A DNA stretch of 64,000 nt. Origin: a virus. Shown here one piece after another: positions 49,397 to 58,517 of this stretch. The stretch is from the IMG/VR virus record IMGVR_UViG_3300027708_000024. The stretch is one strand, 5' to 3'. Position numbers and translations under genes: made by a program. The notes beneath the pieces are model-generated. The model searched no databases, was not told the origin of the DNA, and worked only from the letters and a program-made list of their open reading frames with translations. Positions within the stretch are counted from its first letter, which is position 1. Every line of letters starts with the position of its first letter.

Positions 49397-49819
49397 ATGA
49401 ATACGTTTGATAAGAATATGGAAAAAATATTTGATGTGATACCCAAAGAAGAAACTCTACCGGTTGAAAAGAAATCATCAGTACCGGTAGAGTTTGATCC
49501 TGATTTGAAACAAGATTTAAATGATGCCTATGAGCAGTCAAAGGATAATCTGCAAGATATTATTGATCAAGGAAAAGATGCATTAGAAGAAATATTGAAT
49601 ATTGCAAAAGCAGGACAACATCCTAGAGCATTTGAAGTATATGGTACTATCATGAAAAACATGGTTGATGCCAATAAAGAGTTGTTGAATATACAGAAAC
49701 AAATGCGTGAAATGGATAAATCAAATAAAAAAGATGGTACCAGCACAACAATAGATAAAGCAATTTTTGTTGGTAGTACATCAGAATTAAATAAGTTACT
49801 AAAAGGTAAATCTGAATGA
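49397..49819 (+). CDS. gp16: Terminase small subunit gp16
   Basis: QHPRAFEVYG, AIFVGSTSELNKLLK. Confidence 0.9.
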   Translation: MNTFDKNMEKIFDVIPKEETLPVEKKSSVPVEFDPDLKQDLNDAYEQSKDNLQDIIDQGKDALEEILNIAKAGQHPRAFEVYGTIMKNMVDANKELLNIQKQMREMDKSNKKDGTSTTIDKAIFVGSTSELNKLLKGKSE

Positions 49820-50457
49820 AATCATTTAGACATTTAAGAGAAGAACAGCAAGAACGTAAAGATCCAAAATCAAAAACACTTCATGCGTTTGATATGGATG
49901 AAGTGCTGTTTCATCATGACCATTCAAAACTCAAAGTACATGTCAATGATAAAAGTGGTAAAAGAGTAAAGTCGTTAACCAATACAGAATACAATAGCCA
50001 TAAATTAGAACCAGGTCATCATTATGACTACAGTGATTTTAGATCACACAAAGTGTTTCAGAAGTCTGCTCATCCAATTCACAAGATGATTAATAAGTTG
50101 AGAGCAATACACAAGAATAATAAAAATGTTGAGATTGTTACTGCCCGTGCAGATATGGATGATAAACATGGTTTTATGAAAACATTAAAACATCATGGTA
50201 TTGATACACATCAAGTGCATGTTCGTAGAGCAGGTAATGTAGGTGCATCATCACCAGCAGAAGCAAAGCACAAGGTTATTGGTGATTTAGTAAAGAAACA
50301 TGGATATAAAAAAGTTCATTTGTATGATGACTCGCATGATAATTTAAAGAAATTTAAAGAGTTAAAAAAAGATCATCCAGATGTGGAATTTAATGCTCAT
50401 CATGTACACCATGATGCAGATACAGGCAAAGTGAAGATAACTACATCTAAAGCATGA
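49816..50457 (+). CDS. His-rich HAD-superfamily phosphatase-like protein
   Basis: HAD motifs AFDMDEVLF (DxD), IVTAR, K, LYDDS. Confidence 0.75.
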   Translation: MKSFRHLREEQQERKDPKSKTLHAFDMDEVLFHHDHSKLKVHVNDKSGKRVKSLTNTEYNSHKLEPGHHYDYSDFRSHKVFQKSAHPIHKMINKLRAIHKNNKNVEIVTARADMDDKHGFMKTLKHHGIDTHQVHVRRAGNVGASSPAEAKHKVIGDLVKKHGYKKVHLYDDSHDNLKKFKELKKDHPDVEFNAHHVHHDADTGKVKITTSKA

Positions 50458-52136
50458 TATCAAATAAAGATTCTTACCGTGACAATTTACTTTTAAAAAA
50501 AGTAGGTGTCGAACTTAACTTTACGCAAGAGCAAGTCGAAGAATATATCAAATGTTCTAAAGACGTAGTATATTTTGCCAAAAAATATATGAAGATCGTC
50601 AACGTTGATCAAGGTTTAATTCCTTTTCAAATGTATGACTTTCAAGAAGATATGATCAGAACATTCAATGAGAACCGTTTTGTCATAACAAAATGTCCTC
50701 GACAAGTTGGTAAAACAACAACATCAGTTGCCTATCTGCTTTGGATGACGTTGTTTAATGATTCTCAAAGTATTGCCGTTCTTGCTAACAAAGGTTCTCT
50801 TGCTAGAGACATTCTTGCCAAATATTGTTTAGCATATGAAAACTTACCTATGTGGTTGCAACAAGGTGTAGTCACATGGAACAAAGGTAATGTAGAATTA
50901 GAAAACGGATCAAAGATTATTGCATCATCAACGTCAAGTTCAGCAGTTCGTGGTGGATCATTTAATCTAGTATTCCTTGATGAATTTGCGTTTGTACCTA
51001 GCAATATTGCTACAGAATTCTTCAACTCAGTCTACCCTGTAATTTCATCTGGTAAAACAACAAAGATTATTATTGTTTCTACGCCAAATGGTATGAATCT
51101 ATTCTATAAACTATGGATGGATGCAATTAATAATAAAAATGGATATAAACCATTTGAAATTCATTGGTCACAAGTGCCCGGTCGAGATGAGGCATGGAAA
51201 GAAGAAACAATCAGAAATACAAGTCAGAGACAATTTTCTCAAGAGTTTGAGACTGAATTCTTAGGTTCCAGTAATACTCTTATCTCTGGTTCTAAACTTC
51301 AGATGATGACATATATTGATCCAATATGGTCTAAAGATTTATTTGATGTATATGAACAACCAATTAAAGGTAACAAAGACGAAACAATCAAAGATCATCT
51401 TTATGTTATGACTGTTGATATTGCAGAAGGTCGTGGTTTAGATGCATCTGCTTTTTCAATATTTGATGTATCTACAACACCATATAAACAGGTTGCTAAA
51501 TACAAGAGTTCATCAATATCACCTGTATTATTTCCTACCGTAATTTATAATGCAGCAAGATTATATAATAATGCATATGTGTTAATAGAAATTAATAACA
51601 CTCCTCAGATTGCAGATATTCTACATAGTGATATGGAGTATGAAAATATACTCAAAGTTCAAACAGGAAACAAAAAAGCACAACAACTATCTGCTGGATT
51701 TGCAAGAGGTGTTCAGTTAGGTGTTAAAATGTCTACTCAGGTAAAAAGAATTGGTTGTTCAAATCTTAAAACATTAATTGAGTCTGACAAATTATTCATT
51801 AACGATTTTGATACCATATCAGAGTTGACTACATTTGTAGCAAACAATACTACGTTTGCGGCCGATGAGGATGCAAATGATGATATGGTAATGACTTTGG
51901 TTCTATTTGCTTGGTTAACAACCAACAGACTGTTCAAAGATATAGTAAACCATGATGTTCGAAAACAACTGCAACTGGAACAATATAATCAGGTAGACGA
52001 TGAAATGTTGCCAATTGGAGAATTAAGTGATGGGTTAGATTCACCTTTTGTTGTGGAAGACGGCGATGTGTGGGAAACCACTAGTGGGTCTGAAGTATAT
52101 TCGGGATATTTTAAAGAGATTGCAAGAAACATATAA
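50454..52136 (+). CDS. gp17: Terminase large subunit gp17
   Basis: PRQVGKTT Walker A, FLDEFAF Walker B, STPNG, DIAEGRGLD nuclease, DDMVM. Confidence 0.97.
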   Translation: MISNKDSYRDNLLLKKVGVELNFTQEQVEEYIKCSKDVVYFAKKYMKIVNVDQGLIPFQMYDFQEDMIRTFNENRFVITKCPRQVGKTTTSVAYLLWMTLFNDSQSIAVLANKGSLARDILAKYCLAYENLPMWLQQGVVTWNKGNVELENGSKIIASSTSSSAVRGGSFNLVFLDEFAFVPSNIATEFFNSVYPVISSGKTTKIIIVSTPNGMNLFYKLWMDAINNKNGYKPFEIHWSQVPGRDEAWKEETIRNTSQRQFSQEFETEFLGSSNTLISGSKLQMMTYIDPIWSKDLFDVYEQPIKGNKDETIKDHLYVMTVDIAEGRGLDASAFSIFDVSTTPYKQVAKYKSSSISPVLFPTVIYNAARLYNNAYVLIEINNTPQIADILHSDMEYENILKVQTGNKKAQQLSAGFARGVQLGVKMSTQVKRIGCSNLKTLIESDKLFINDFDTISELTTFVANNTTFAADEDANDDMVMTLVLFAWLTTNRLFKDIVNHDVRKQLQLEQYNQVDDEMLPIGELSDGLDSPFVVEDGDVWETTSGSEVYSGYFKEIARNI

Positions 52137-52147
52137 AGACTGTATTT

Positions 52148-52155
52148 TATAAATA
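52148..52155 (+). promoter_or_regulatory. T4 late promoter TATAAATA for gp18
   Basis: Exact consensus, intergenic. Confidence 0.85.
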
Positions 52156-52209
52156 GATTCATGGTATTAATCAAAGCCATGATAATCATAATAAATTAAG
52201 GAGAAAAAA

Positions 52210-53895
52210 ATGGCATTTCAATTGTCTCCAGGCGTAAATGTATCGGAAGTCGATCTAACTACGGTTGTTCCTTCGGTTCTAACTACTGCCGGTGCTGTTG
52301 CTGGACAATTCCAGTGGGGCCCAGTAAACAAAAGAATTTCTGTCGATAGTGAAATCACTCTCGTAAATCGCTTTGGAAAACCAAACGGAAATACTTACAC
52401 ATCGTTTTTCACTGCTTCAGGATTCTTGTCATATGGCAACAATCTTAAAGTGGTTCGTGCAGCAAATACAGCAAGTCTTAATGCATCAGAAACTGGTTCA
52501 ATTTCTGTTCCAAACGAAGATGTGTTTGAGGTAACGTACCTACATCAAAACAATGCAAACACATATGGTTCCTTTATTGCTCGTTATCAAGGGGCATTAG
52601 GAAATACATTATCAGTTTCAGTTGCTGATTCGGCAAGTTATAGTACATGGGAGTTCAAAGGTTATTTCTCAACAGCACCAGGAACGTCAGCACAAGCAGC
52701 GGCAGCAGGTGCAACCAATGATGAATTGCACATTATTGTTATTGATGAAGGTGGTATAATTACTGGCACACAAGGTTCTATATTGGAACAATTTGCATAT
52801 GTTTCAAAAGGTAGTAATGCATTAGATTCATTAGGTAATTCAAATTATTACAAAAATGTATTGTTTAATCAATCTAAGTATGTTTATGCTATTGATCCTC
52901 CAGATTATTCAAATACAAACGCAACATGGGGAAATGCATTAGCAGGTACCTCATATGCAACATTAGCTGCAGCATATCAAGGATATCTAGTAAACGGTTC
53001 AGATAAAGAAGTTCAAGACGGCGATATTACTAATGCATATGATTTATTTGTAAACTCAGACGAAGTTGATATTGCTTTAGTTATGGCAGGCGATGCATCT
53101 GTTCCAGTTCAACAATATATCATTGATAATATTGTCACTGTTCGTAAAGATTGCGTTGCAACAATTTCTCCACCGTCAGCATCAGTTGTCAATAATGCAG
53201 GTAATGAAGTAACAGATATTACAGCATGGACAGCAAGTCTTGCTCGTTCGACTTCATATGCAATCGCAGATTCAGGCTGGAAATATGTGTTTGACAAATA
53301 CAATAACACATACCGTTGGGTACCACTAAACGGTGATATTGCTGGTCTATGTGTATACACAGATTATGTGCGTGATGCTTGGTTCTCACCTGCAGGTATT
53401 AATCGTGGTAATATTAAAAATGCTGTTAAATTAGCATGGAATCCAATACAAACAGATAGAGATGCAATATATTCACTGGGTGTCAATCCAGTTATTACAT
53501 TGGCTGGTTCTGGGACTGTTCTGTTTGGAGACAAAACACTACAAACTAAACCATCAAATTTTGATAGAATCAATGTTCGTAGACTATTCATTGTACTAGA
53601 GAAAACAATTGCTCGGGCAGCAAGATCATCGATGTTTGAATTTAATGATGACTTTACTCGGTCACAGTTTGTTTCTCTTATTACTCCATTTTTGCGTGAT
53701 GTTCAAGGTCGTCGTGGCATTTATGATTTTAGAGTTGTATGCGATGCAACAAATAATACATCACAAGTTATTGACTCGAATCAGTTTGTTGGAGATATTT
53801 ACATTAAACCAGCACGTTCAATCAACTACATCCAATTGAATTTTGTTTCAGTTAGAACTGGTGTTGATTTTACTGAAGTCGTTGGTAAGTTCTAA
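52210..53895 (+). CDS. gp18: Tail sheath protein gp18
   Basis: LSPGVNVSEVDLT, WGPV, WFSPAG, FDRINVRRLF, IKPARSINYI. Confidence 0.97.
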   Translation: MAFQLSPGVNVSEVDLTTVVPSVLTTAGAVAGQFQWGPVNKRISVDSEITLVNRFGKPNGNTYTSFFTASGFLSYGNNLKVVRAANTASLNASETGSISVPNEDVFEVTYLHQNNANTYGSFIARYQGALGNTLSVSVADSASYSTWEFKGYFSTAPGTSAQAAAAGATNDELHIIVIDEGGIITGTQGSILEQFAYVSKGSNALDSLGNSNYYKNVLFNQSKYVYAIDPPDYSNTNATWGNALAGTSYATLAAAYQGYLVNGSDKEVQDGDITNAYDLFVNSDEVDIALVMAGDASVPVQQYIIDNIVTVRKDCVATISPPSASVVNNAGNEVTDITAWTASLARSTSYAIADSGWKYVFDKYNNTYRWVPLNGDIAGLCVYTDYVRDAWFSPAGINRGNIKNAVKLAWNPIQTDRDAIYSLGVNPVITLAGSGTVLFGDKTLQTKPSNFDRINVRRLFIVLEKTIARAARSSMFEFNDDFTRSQFVSLITPFLRDVQGRRGIYDFRVVCDATNNTSQVIDSNQFVGDIYIKPARSINYIQLNFVSVRTGVDFTEVVGKF

Positions 53896-53901
53896 TAAAT
53901 A
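53894..53901 (+). promoter_or_regulatory. Late-promoter variant AATAAATA for gp19
   Basis: Overlaps the gp18 stop; SD AAGGAG downstream. Confidence 0.55.
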
Positions 53902-53928
53902 ATTCAACGATATTAAGGAGAAAAAACA

Positions 53929-54513
53929 ATGGCTTTTAACGTACAAGATTTCAGAACTTCAATGCAATTTGACGGCGCTCGCCCAAATCTATTTGAAGTA
54001 GAACTGAGCTTCCCATCAGCAGCACCAAATGGTATCGCAGCGTCTGCCTCTAGATTCATGGTAAAATCTGCACAATTACCAGGATCGACAATTGGAATTG
54101 CACCAGTTTACTATTTTGGTCGTGAAATTAAATTTCCAGGAAACAGAACATTTGCAGACTGGACAGTAACAATTATCAATGACGAAAATTTCTTAATCAG
54201 AAATGCCATGGAAACATGGATGAATGCAATTAATAGTCACGCAGGAAATGTAAGAAATGCAGTTAATCAGACTACATATTCTGCTAATGGATTAGTTAAA
54301 CAGTTTGGTAAAAAAACAGCATCAACAAATCCTGTACCAATTAAAGCATATAGTTTTATTGGTATGTTTCCTGTTGATGTTGCTCCTATCGATTTAGATT
54401 GGGGATCAAACGATTCTATTGAAGAATACACAGTAACGTTTGCATATCAATGGTGGGAATCAGTACCACAAACTGATGGCGTTGCAACACAAGTGGCAGT
54501 ACCACTTAATTAA
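53929..54513 (+). CDS. gp19: Tail tube protein gp19
   Basis: GARPNLFEV, GREIKFPGNRTFADWTVTIIND, IEEYTVTFAYQWW. Confidence 0.95.
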   Translation: MAFNVQDFRTSMQFDGARPNLFEVELSFPSAAPNGIAASASRFMVKSAQLPGSTIGIAPVYYFGREIKFPGNRTFADWTVTIINDENFLIRNAMETWMNAINSHAGNVRNAVNQTTYSANGLVKQFGKKTASTNPVPIKAYSFIGMFPVDVAPIDLDWGSNDSIEEYTVTFAYQWWESVPQTDGVATQVAVPLN

Positions 54514-54525
54514 TTTATTATATAC

Positions 54526-54550
54526 AGAGAGAACTTCGGTTCTCTCTTTT
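54526..54550 (+). terminator. Intrinsic terminator with cUUCGg tetraloop after gp19
   Basis: AGAGAGAAC-TTCG-GTTCTCTCT-TTT. Confidence 0.9.
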
Positions 54551-54581
54551 ATGTTTTTTTGAATTGAACTAGGAGCACATA

Positions 54582-56273
54582 TTGGCACTATCACTATTCG
54601 GCTTTCAAATATCTCGCAAAGAGACAGAAGATGCACAAGAAGTGCAGCCATCGTTTTCGCCTCCGGCAAATGATGACGGTGCATTAACTATATCGCAAGC
54701 AGCATATTATGGTACATATGTTGATCTAGACGGAACTGCAAAGAATGAAGTTGAGTTAATTTCTCGCTATAGAGAAATGGCAATGCAACCAGAGATTGAA
54801 TCTGCAATTGATGATATCGTCAATGAAGCAATTGTACAAGATGATGATGGCAAATCAATCAAAATCATTTTGGATGATTTGAAGCAACCAGAAAAAATTA
54901 AAGAATCCATTAGAAAAGAATTTGATAATGTTTTAAAATTATTAAATTATACCAATATGGGTCAAGACATTTTTCGCAGATATTATGTTGATGGAAGATT
55001 ATTTTATAATATTATTATCGACAGAGAAAATCCAACTGCCGGTATTAAAGAACTTCGATATATTGATCCACGCAAACTTCGTAAGATTCGTGAGATCAAG
55101 AAAAGAAAAGACGAAAGAACTGGCGTTGAAGTTATGGATGTGGTGAATGAATACTACATCTTCAATGACAAAGTTATTACCGGATCATCAAGTAACTATG
55201 GTCCCGTAGGTATTCGTATTACAACGGATTCAATTATAAGCGTTGTATCAGGGTTAATGGACGCACGTAGAGCAGTTGTGCTGTCATATCTTCATAAAGC
55301 AATTAAACCTCTCAATCAGTTGCGTATGATTGAAGATGCGATTGTTATCTATCGTATCTCCCGTGCTCCAGAACGTAGAATCTTTTATATTGACGTAGGT
55401 AATTTACCTAAACTCAAAGCAGAACAATATCTGCGTGACATTATGGTCAAGTATAAAAACAAACTTGTCTATGATGCAAACACTGGTGAAGTTCGTGATG
55501 ACCGTAAGTTCTTGTCAATGATGGAAGACTTTTGGTTGCCACGTAGAGAAGGCGGTAAAGGTACAGAGATCACTACACTACCAGGTGGACAAAATCTTGG
55601 TGAGTTAGAAGATGTAAAATACTTTGAAAAGAAACTGTATAAATCATTATGTGTTCCAGTATCTCGTTTGAATCCAGAAAGTTCTGGTTTTAGTCTTGGT
55701 CGTGCATCAGAGATTACCCGTGACGAATTAAAGTTCAGTAAGTTTGTCGATAGAATGCGTAATAAGTTTTCTGATATTTTTGATCAGGCAATGCGTGTTC
55801 AGTTGGTACTTAAAGGTATTTGTACTGACGATGAATGGAAAGATTTTAAAGAACACATCTATTACGATTACATCAAAGACAATAATTTTGCTGAGTTGAA
55901 AGAAGCAGAATTGGTTAGAGAAAGATTGAGTTTGTTGCAACAAGTAGATCCGTATACCGGTAGATATTATTCTATGGATTGGATTCGTAGAAATGTTCTA
56001 CGTTTGGATGACAAGGCAATTCAGAACATGGAAGAAGAAATTGTCAGAGAAAGAAAAGAAGGTATAACCTATCCTTCAGATATAGAACAGCAACAGCAAC
56101 AAGCACAATTAGATAATACACAAGCGCAAACAGGTCAGATGGCAGCACAAGCACAAGCAACTGCCAATGATGCTGCAACTGGAGATACTGGTGCAGATAA
56201 TGCTTCTGCACCACAAAAAAGTTCTCCAGCAAAGAGTAACAGTAACAAGGGTGATTTAAATCTTGCCACATAG
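54582..56273 (+). CDS. gp20: Portal protein gp20 (TTG start)
   Basis: YLHKAIKPLNQLRMIEDA, RAPERRIFYIDVGNLPK, EDFWLPRREGGKGTEITTLPGG. Confidence 0.97.
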   Translation: MALSLFGFQISRKETEDAQEVQPSFSPPANDDGALTISQAAYYGTYVDLDGTAKNEVELISRYREMAMQPEIESAIDDIVNEAIVQDDDGKSIKIILDDLKQPEKIKESIRKEFDNVLKLLNYTNMGQDIFRRYYVDGRLFYNIIIDRENPTAGIKELRYIDPRKLRKIREIKKRKDERTGVEVMDVVNEYYIFNDKVITGSSSNYGPVGIRITTDSIISVVSGLMDARRAVVLSYLHKAIKPLNQLRMIEDAIVIYRISRAPERRIFYIDVGNLPKLKAEQYLRDIMVKYKNKLVYDANTGEVRDDRKFLSMMEDFWLPRREGGKGTEITTLPGGQNLGELEDVKYFEKKLYKSLCVPVSRLNPESSGFSLGRASEITRDELKFSKFVDRMRNKFSDIFDQAMRVQLVLKGICTDDEWKDFKEHIYYDYIKDNNFAELKEAELVRERLSLLQQVDPYTGRYYSMDWIRRNVLRLDDKAIQNMEEEIVRERKEGITYPSDIEQQQQQAQLDNTQAQTGQMAAQAQATANDAATGDTGADNASAPQKSSPAKSNSNKGDLNLAT

Positions 56274-56284
56274 GCAAAATATTA

Positions 56285-56292
56285 CATAAATA
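56285..56292 (+). promoter_or_regulatory. Late promoter CATAAATA
   Basis: Intergenic after gp20; SD AGGAG downstream. Confidence 0.7.
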
Positions 56293-56315
56293 TAACACAT
56301 AATTAGGAGAATCCT

Positions 56316-56477
56316 ATGGATGAAAATATTAAAAACGCAATAGAAGCAGCAATTAATGATAATGCAAATGCATATAATGATGCTATTCAGGCAGCATTAA
56401 GTGCAAAAGTTGAATATGCCATTCAAGCAAGAAAACAAGAAATTGCACTGAATTTAATTGCACAACCAGAAGAATGA
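56316..56477 (+). CDS. Small prohead core protein (gp67-like; not in ORF track)
   Basis: MDENIKNAIEAAINDNANAYNDAIQAALSAKVEYAIQARKQEIALNLIAQPEE*, strong SD, immediately after portal. Confidence 0.7.
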   Translation: MDENIKNAIEAAINDNANAYNDAIQAALSAKVEYAIQARKQEIALNLIAQPEE

Positions 56478-56869
56478 AAAGATTAAAAGATTTTCTAGAA
56501 GATAAACACCAGGAGATGAAAAATGCACCTCCTGCAATGTTGGTTATGCATAGAAAATCTATTAGACAATTTCCAGACGGAACAAACGTGGCAATGTATT
56601 ACATTGACAAATTGGATAAATATGTGACGGTACCGTTTACTAACATATTTGCGGCAGAAAATGCTATTGATACATTGAAAACAATAAAAGAAAGCACGTT
56701 AGTGGAATTTGCTGATAATACTGAAATAGGTGTAACACCAGATATGGCAAAAAGTATTATTGAATTGCACAATAAAGTAAACGAAGAAAACAAAAAGAAA
56801 ATAGAAGAAATGCTTGCTGTAAGCACAGAGTATTTTAATAAAGTTTTAGAGTTTGCTAAAAAAAGTTAA
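56474..56869 (+). CDS. Hypothetical head-module protein
   Basis: 131 aa; N-terminus MKRLKDFLE resembles a capsid-targeting sequence. Confidence 0.65.
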   Translation: MKRLKDFLEDKHQEMKNAPPAMLVMHRKSIRQFPDGTNVAMYYIDKLDKYVTVPFTNIFAAENAIDTLKTIKESTLVEFADNTEIGVTPDMAKSIIELHNKVNEENKKKIEEMLAVSTEYFNKVLEFAKKS

Positions 56870-56886
56870 TTAGATAGGAAAACAAA

Positions 56887-57408
56887 ATGGCCGGAAATGT
56901 ATATACATATCAAGTCTTAAAAGATACCACAGAACATGTCATTATCAAACTTACAGGAAAGTTTGACGGTTCTGGACAAGAAGAAAATGTTGCTCGTATT
57001 AAAGCAAATTCATTTTATGGTGCATTAGACGCAAACAATAATTTATTGATTACTGGCAATACTGCAAAACCATATTATGGATTAACAGTACATCGTATTT
57101 GGTATGATACATATAACGGTGCAGGTGGAGATTTAGAATTGTACTGGAGAGCAGATACGCCAGTTACTCTTGCAATGTTATCTGGGAATGCAGAATATGA
57201 TGGTGCTGGTAATTGGGTAACAATTCCAAATAATGCAAAAGGAACATCTGGATGTACTGGTGATATTGGTATTACATCGAGAGCATATGCAGCAAATTGT
57301 TCTTACACAATCGTTATGGAATTGCGTAAAGAAAATGAATACTATCAGCGTGGTCAGTTTAATGATCCAGCAGCATTCAACTACACACCATATGGATTAA
57401 AACCATAA
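56887..57408 (+). CDS. Hypothetical virion protein
   Basis: 173 aa, SD AGGA, beta-rich, in the head operon. Confidence 0.65.
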   Translation: MAGNVYTYQVLKDTTEHVIIKLTGKFDGSGQEENVARIKANSFYGALDANNNLLITGNTAKPYYGLTVHRIWYDTYNGAGGDLELYWRADTPVTLAMLSGNAEYDGAGNWVTIPNNAKGTSGCTGDIGITSRAYAANCSYTIVMELRKENEYYQRGQFNDPAAFNYTPYGLKP

Positions 57409-57836
57409 TGAACTTGGTTGATGCTATCTTATCAGAAAACTGGAACATAGCAAAAGAGTTGATAGAAAAAAGAGTTGCTGAAATAATAGAAGAAAAAACT
57501 CAGCAACTCAAGCAAGAAATTGCTTTTGAAGAATATGGTGATTATGATGAAGAATATTATGAAGAACTAGACGAAGCAAATGTTCAGAGAATGGGTAGAA
57601 CCAAATTGGTTCGTATTCGTATTCGTGGCGGTAAAGTACAAAGAAGAAAAAAGTTTTCTGCGGTAAAAGGATATACAATTCGAGGTGGTAAATTGACTCG
57701 AATGTCATCGTTAGAAAGAAGGCATCGCAAGATGGCCGCAAGAAAATCAAAATTTAAACGCCGTGCTAAATTAAGTCAGTCATTGCGTAAAAGAAGAATG
57801 TCTTTAAGAAAAAGAAAGGCGATGGGAATCCGATGA
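57408..57836 (+). CDS. Prohead core protein (gp68-like)
   Basis: Acidic N-half, very basic C-half ending RKRRMSLRKRKAMGI; directly before gp21. Confidence 0.7.
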   Translation: MNLVDAILSENWNIAKELIEKRVAEIIEEKTQQLKQEIAFEEYGDYDEEYYEELDEANVQRMGRTKLVRIRIRGGKVQRRKKFSAVKGYTIRGGKLTRMSSLERRHRKMAARKSKFKRRAKLSQSLRKRRMSLRKRKAMGIR

Positions 57837-58477
57837 AGCTCATTAAAGAAGTAACAGAAACAGTACAATACATTACCGAAGAAAAAGACGGTAAGAAGAA
57901 TATGTATATCGAAGGTCCTTTCTTGGTATCAGAAAAGAAGAACCGCAACGGTCGTTTATATGAATATGAAACGATGAAAAATGAAGTTGCCAGATATTCA
58001 GAAAACTATATTAACAAAAATCGTGCCTTTGGTGAACTAGGTCATCCTGATACACCAACCATTAATCTGGAAAGAGTGTCACATCTAATCGTAGGATTGA
58101 GAGAAGATGGTACACAATGGATAGGCAAAGCAAAAATTCTTGAGACACCATATGGTGAAATTGTTAAAAATCTTATTGACGGTGGAGCACAACTAGGTGT
58201 ATCTTCTAGAGGTATGGGTTCTTTAGTAAATAAAAATGGTGTTAATGTTGTACAAGGAGATTTCTATCTAGCCACAGCGGCAGATATTGTAGCAGACCCA
58301 TCTGCTCCTGGTGCTTTTGTAGAAGGCATCATGGAGAACAAAGAATGGATGCTAGTCAACGGTGTATGGACTGAACAACACATCGAACAGGCGAAAACGC
58401 AAATTCGTAAAGCATCTCGTAAAGAGATCGAACAAGTAAGTCTCAGCATCTTTGAGAACTTTATCAAAAAATTATAA
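57833..58477 (+). CDS. gp21: Prohead protease gp21
   Basis: NRNGRLY, GELGHP, LGVSSRGMGS, DIVADPSAPGAFV. Confidence 0.96.
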   Translation: MKLIKEVTETVQYITEEKDGKKNMYIEGPFLVSEKKNRNGRLYEYETMKNEVARYSENYINKNRAFGELGHPDTPTINLERVSHLIVGLREDGTQWIGKAKILETPYGEIVKNLIDGGAQLGVSSRGMGSLVNKNGVNVVQGDFYLATAADIVADPSAPGAFVEGIMENKEWMLVNGVWTEQHIEQAKTQIRKASRKEIEQVSLSIFENFIKKL

Positions 58478-58479
58478 TT

Positions 58480-58487
58480 TATAAATA
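58480..58487 (+). promoter_or_regulatory. T4 late promoter TATAAATA for gp22/gp23
   Basis: Exact consensus, intergenic. Confidence 0.85.
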
Positions 58488-58517
58488 TCCAATATAAAAA
58501 CCTAGGAGACACACAAA

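Noticed and set aside
52156-52185. TCATGG/CCATGA inverted repeat in the gp18 leader as a riboswitch or ncRNA
   Set aside because: Only a short stem; at most a 5' stabilising hairpin, with no recognisable RNA family features
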